The notes beneath the pieces are model-generated. The model searched no databases. It was not told the origin of the DNA and saw only the letters and a list, made by a program, of their open reading frames with translations. Made by a program: the position numbers and the translations under genes. From assembly GCF_032444005.1 (NCBI RefSeq), contig NC_091283.1, forward strand, positions 401,884,001-401,948,000: 64,000 nt of DNA, read 5' to 3'. Source of the DNA: Ranitomeya imitator. Taxonomy: Eukaryota. This document shows positions 60,962 through 64,000 of the stretch, piece after piece; position 1 is the first letter of the stretch; every line of letters starts with the position of its first letter.

Positions 60962-63091
60962 AAAGATTAGAGCACCCCCAAGGGCTAGGGGGTACTCGGT
61001 CCCGGTTCCTTCGGTTCTCAAGGAGGATGTCACGGTGGCTGACCCAGTCTGTGGCCCTCGGGAGGTCCGCTGTAAAAGGGGGAAAGGTTTTTAAAGGGAT
61101 AATGTTCGTGACGCCACCTGTGGTATTCGGTCAGATTGACCGACGCTGCTTAGGGGTCCGCTGGGGTGATGTTATGGCAGCTAGATTGTATACCTTCCCA
61201 CAGGTGAAGTATATCCCCAGGGCTTCCCAGAGTGTAGATGGTGGATGGTAAATGGTGTAAGGCACAGTGAAGAACGAGGACACAAGGTTGCAGTCTCTTT
61301 ACCTTTACTGAAGGTTTCAGCATCTACAGTCCAGAGCACCATATCACAGGGCAGGCCGGCCAGTCTGAAGGCAAATCCAGAGTCCCCTTATCCAGGTGGA
61401 AATCAGTAGCCTTCCTCTAGCGCCTGGGTGTTGTAGTACTTTACTGCTGAGCTTCTCATAAGGTCCTCACAACTGTGGTAGATGTTCTAGATGTTGTGTC
61501 TCTCTCTGTCCCCAGATGGATAGGACAAACCCGTATGACTGGTGGCATGAGGCTTTTTACAGGGACTCTAGCACGCCCCAGCCTCCACAAGTTGCCACCG
61601 TGCCTCCTGGGTATAGGGCGGGCAGGTAACGTGGAATTAGCTGTCCTGCCGATCTCTAGAGCAAGGCATAGAGACTGTTGCTCCCTCAGTGTATCGGCTA
61701 CCGAGGATCCTGCGCCTCAGAAGGAGGCAGCCTGTGTAGGGCAGAACTCCTTCTGGTTTCCTCTCCTTTTGCTATGACTTCGTTTCTCACCCTCTACAAT
61801 ACAGTTCGCTGTTCGTGTCTCTTTCTTAGGATGTTGCCGCACGTGGGGCAGGCGCAGCTCCGTGGCCTTCAGTCAAGACCTCTGACAGGATCCTACCCCT
61901 GTCAGGGACCCACTAACTGAGCGGAGCTCAGCTAGTAGCTCACTGGGTGAAGCCCAGCCAGCTTCTGCCTAACTTCCTTTCCAGACCACCAGTTTTACCT
62001 AATTGTGAAGAGTGCCCTAATAAATAGGAGCATAGCTCCCCCTGGTGGACTGGAGTGTGAATTGTGTTGCATGTTTGCGATACCTGGTAAAGAGATCTCC
62101 TTTATTGCCTTCAAATGTAACATCACTCCCCCCTAGAGGAGAATGATATTACTGCAACGACCAGGACCCTGGGGCGCTGCAGAGACAATAGGTTGAGGGT
62201 TGCAGGAGCTCCGGTGTTGGTGAGGCGGTAACTTCGGTAGTGGTGAGGAGGCAGCAGGCAATTTGTAGAAGGGGGAAGCGGAGGAGTAGCGAGGAGAGAG
62301 ATGAATTAGTCGGGCAGCAGAGTTAAGGATGGACTGGAGAGATGCAGTAAGACCACAGAAAAGGATGTTGCAGTAGTCGAGGCAGGAGATGATGAGGGCA
62401 TGTACAAGCATTTTAGTAGATTGAGGGTTGAAGAAAGGACGGATTCTGGAGATATTTTTGAGCTCGAGGCGACAGGAGGGGGAAAGAGCTTGGATGTGCG
62501 GTTTGAAGGGCAGAGTCAAGGGTTGCTCCGAGGCAGCAGACGTCCGGTACGGGGGAAAGCGTGATGTCATTTATTGTGATAGATAGGTCAGGTAAGAAGA
62601 TCTTTGAGATGTTGGAAAAATGATGGCCCAGATCGGCATGTGGAATGTGCAGAATGGGCAATACAAAAATTGGAACAGGACCCTCAGTTTACACAGAACA
62701 TTATGTTCAGTGATGAGGCAAACTTTTTTGAGTGGGCCATTTATAAGGATGCACCTAAATAACGTGGGAATGGTGACAGTTTTCTTGCGCAGGGTGTCTT
62801 GCATTGAAATCTGCTGCAATGACCAGGGTACTGCGTTCACCAGACATCAACACAATTTCTATCCCCTCCTCACGTGTTAACCTCTAAATCTCCGAACACA
62901 AATACTCGGAGACCACCCGAGCGTGCTCGTGAAATCTCGAGCAACGAGTATATTCGCTCATCACTAGTCACCACCCATCTTGAAAAGTTTTCCCCCTCCC
63001 ATATACTAATGTGCCACAAACAGGAAGTTGATATCACCAACCATTCTCATTTTATTTGAGTGGATGTACATGGCCCACCCTGTAGATATAT

Positions 63092-64000
63092 TCTTGTACA
63101 TATGGGCAGTATTATAGTAGTTATATTCTTGTACATGGAGCAGTATTATGGTAGTTATATTCTTGTATATAGGGGCAGTATTATAGTAGTTATATTCTTG
63201 TATATAGGGGCAGTATTATAGTAGTTATATTCTTGTACATAGGGAGCAGTATTATAGTAGTTATATTCTTGTACATAGGAGCAGTATAGTATTTATATTC
63301 TTGTATAGGGGACAGTATTATAGTAGTTATATTCTTGTACATAAGAGCAGTATTATAGTAGTTATATTCTTGTAAATAGGGGCAGTATTATAGTAGTTAT
63401 ATTCTTGTATAAGGGACAGTATTGTAGTAGTTATATTCTTGTATATAGGGGCCGTATTATAGTAGTTATATTCTTGTACATGGAGCAGTATTATAGTAGT
63501 TATATTCTTGTACATAGAAGCAGTATTATAGTAGTTATATTCTTGTACATAGGGGCAGTATTATAGTAGTTATATTTTTGTACATAGGAGCATTATTATA
63601 GTAGTTATATTCTTGTACATAGAGGCAGTATTATAGTAGTTATATTCTTGTACATAGGGGCAGTATTATAGTGATTATATCCTTATACATAGGGAGCAGT
63701 ATTATAATAGCTATATTCTTGTACATAGGAGCAGTATTATAGTAGTTATATTCTTGTACATAGGGGACAGTATTATAGTAGTTACAGTATATTCTTGTAC
63801 ATGGGGCAGTATTATAGTAGTTATATTCTTGTACATAGGAGCAGTATTATAGTAGTTATATTCTTGTACATAGGGGACAGTATTATAGTAGTTACAGTAT
63901 ATTCTTGTACATGGGGCAGTATTATAGTAGTTATATTCTTGTACATAGGAGCAGTATTATAGTAGTTATATTCTTGTACATAGGGGACAGTATTATAGTA
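63092..64000. repeat. Satellite with a 33-34-bp unit (same family as 53745..55102), runs off the window
   Basis: Same unit and same orientation. Confidence 0.95.

Larger units (their letters stand above)
55275..62181 (-). mobile_element. Internally deleted two-LTR element (5' LTR about 60968..62181; truncated 3' LTR 55275..59655)
   Basis: 4-bp TSD GAGA at 55271..55274 and 62182..62185; both LTRs are homologous to copies A and B; PBS next to the 5' LTR. Confidence 0.85.
55101..62613 (-). mobile_element. L2 LINE split by an LTR element (55101..55274 and 62182..62613)
   Basis: GGGGAAGGAGA|CAATAGGTTGAGGG rejoins to match the intact L2 3' region at about 16400..16480. Confidence 0.85.

Noticed and set aside
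61029-61116. A real tRNA-Ser gene inside the LTR
   Set aside because: Only the two ends match; no D arm, anticodon arm or T-psi-C loop can be drawn. Kept as a mimic or primer-interaction finding instead.

Overview
Vertebrate genomic DNA, mostly nested transposable elements and tandem repeats. The repeat repertoire (L2, L1, CR1, DIRS1, chromovirus, Tc1, piggyBac-like, Harbinger and T2 MITEs) suggests a large-genome frog; that is inference and the species is not determined. Two host genes lie on the minus strand. One is a complete 5-coding-exon aquaporin-8-type gene, join(42980..43022,45307..45441,45572..45783,45874..46000,47295..47566), 262 aa, with a GC-AG intron and an NPS second pore motif. 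The other is exon 1 of a CYP2-family cytochrome P450 (12302..12463), too short for the ORF track; its later exons were not found and presumably lie left of the window. A DIRS1 tyrosine-recombinase retroelement spans about 14.1-35.1 kb, inflated by nested insertions including a full-length L1. The most unusual signals are three hammerhead-ribozyme motifs in ORF-less Penelope-like insertions, two of them with an A3-U8 core swap, and an LTR family whose U5 region contains matches to both ends of its tRNA-Ser(CGA) primer. All coordinates were read by eye; repeat boundaries without a target-site duplication (TSD) are approximate.
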